From Polyangiales bacterium (GTDB lineage Bacteria; Myxococcota_A; Polyangia; Polyangiales; Polyangiaceae): DNA of 64,000 nucleotides. The translations under genes were made by a program, and so were the position numbers. Of the stretch, positions 63,996 to 64,000 are shown piece by piece. The stretch spans positions 160,001 through 224,000 of the forward strand of contig JBBRLQ010000001.1 of assembly GCA_038231275.1 (NCBI GenBank). Reading direction: 5' to 3'. The notes beneath the pieces were generated by a model that was not told the origin of the DNA, did no database searches, and saw nothing but the letters and a program-made list of their open reading frames with translations. Position 1 is the stretch's first letter; every line of letters starts with the position of its first letter.

Positions 63996-64000
63996 GTGGA

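Noticed and set aside
1..64000. tRNA, rRNA, riboswitch, prophage or defence-system genes
   Set aside because: No cloverleaf, rRNA-like tract, recognisable riboswitch, phage structural gene or nuclease/defence motif seen by eye; an Infernal/Rfam and DefenseFinder run would be needed to exclude them formally.

Overview
High-GC (visually ~70%+) chromosomal window that looks like a myxobacterium of the Polyangiales (Sorangium/Labilithrix-like), judged from the many Cys-rich lipoproteins with DAG-type linkers and from the AgmX/PglI-like, TIGR02266-like and exported ferritin-like proteins. About 57 coding regions are supported. They include housekeeping genes (rarA partial, yggS, rpoZ, rsmG, a ClpA/C-type ATPase, ppk1, tdk, purB, proC, rseP), envelope functions (AmgK-like kinase, transpeptidase-only PBP, a peptidase/beta-propeller/Omp85 protein, and a GT2 + three GT-C + methyltransferase glycosylation cluster) and many accessory lipoproteins. 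I found no rRNA, tRNA, CRISPR array, transposase or integrase. The most notable observations read directly from the DNA are: (1) a single Cys-rich lipoprotein gene bracketed by an exact 27-bp direct repeat next to purB, resembling an enzyme-less inserted cassette; (2) pervasive TANNNT -10 boxes 5-10 nt before start codons, implying leaderless or near-leaderless mRNAs; (3) a head-to-head deletion scar joining CBS and hemerythrin gene remnants; (4) an unannotated TatA-like microprotein co-oriented with an HPD-less J-domain protein; (5) an AraC module with a 21-bp-periodic operator; (6) a dispersed ~32-bp repeat at gene ends. All product calls come from motif recognition by eye; no database search was run.
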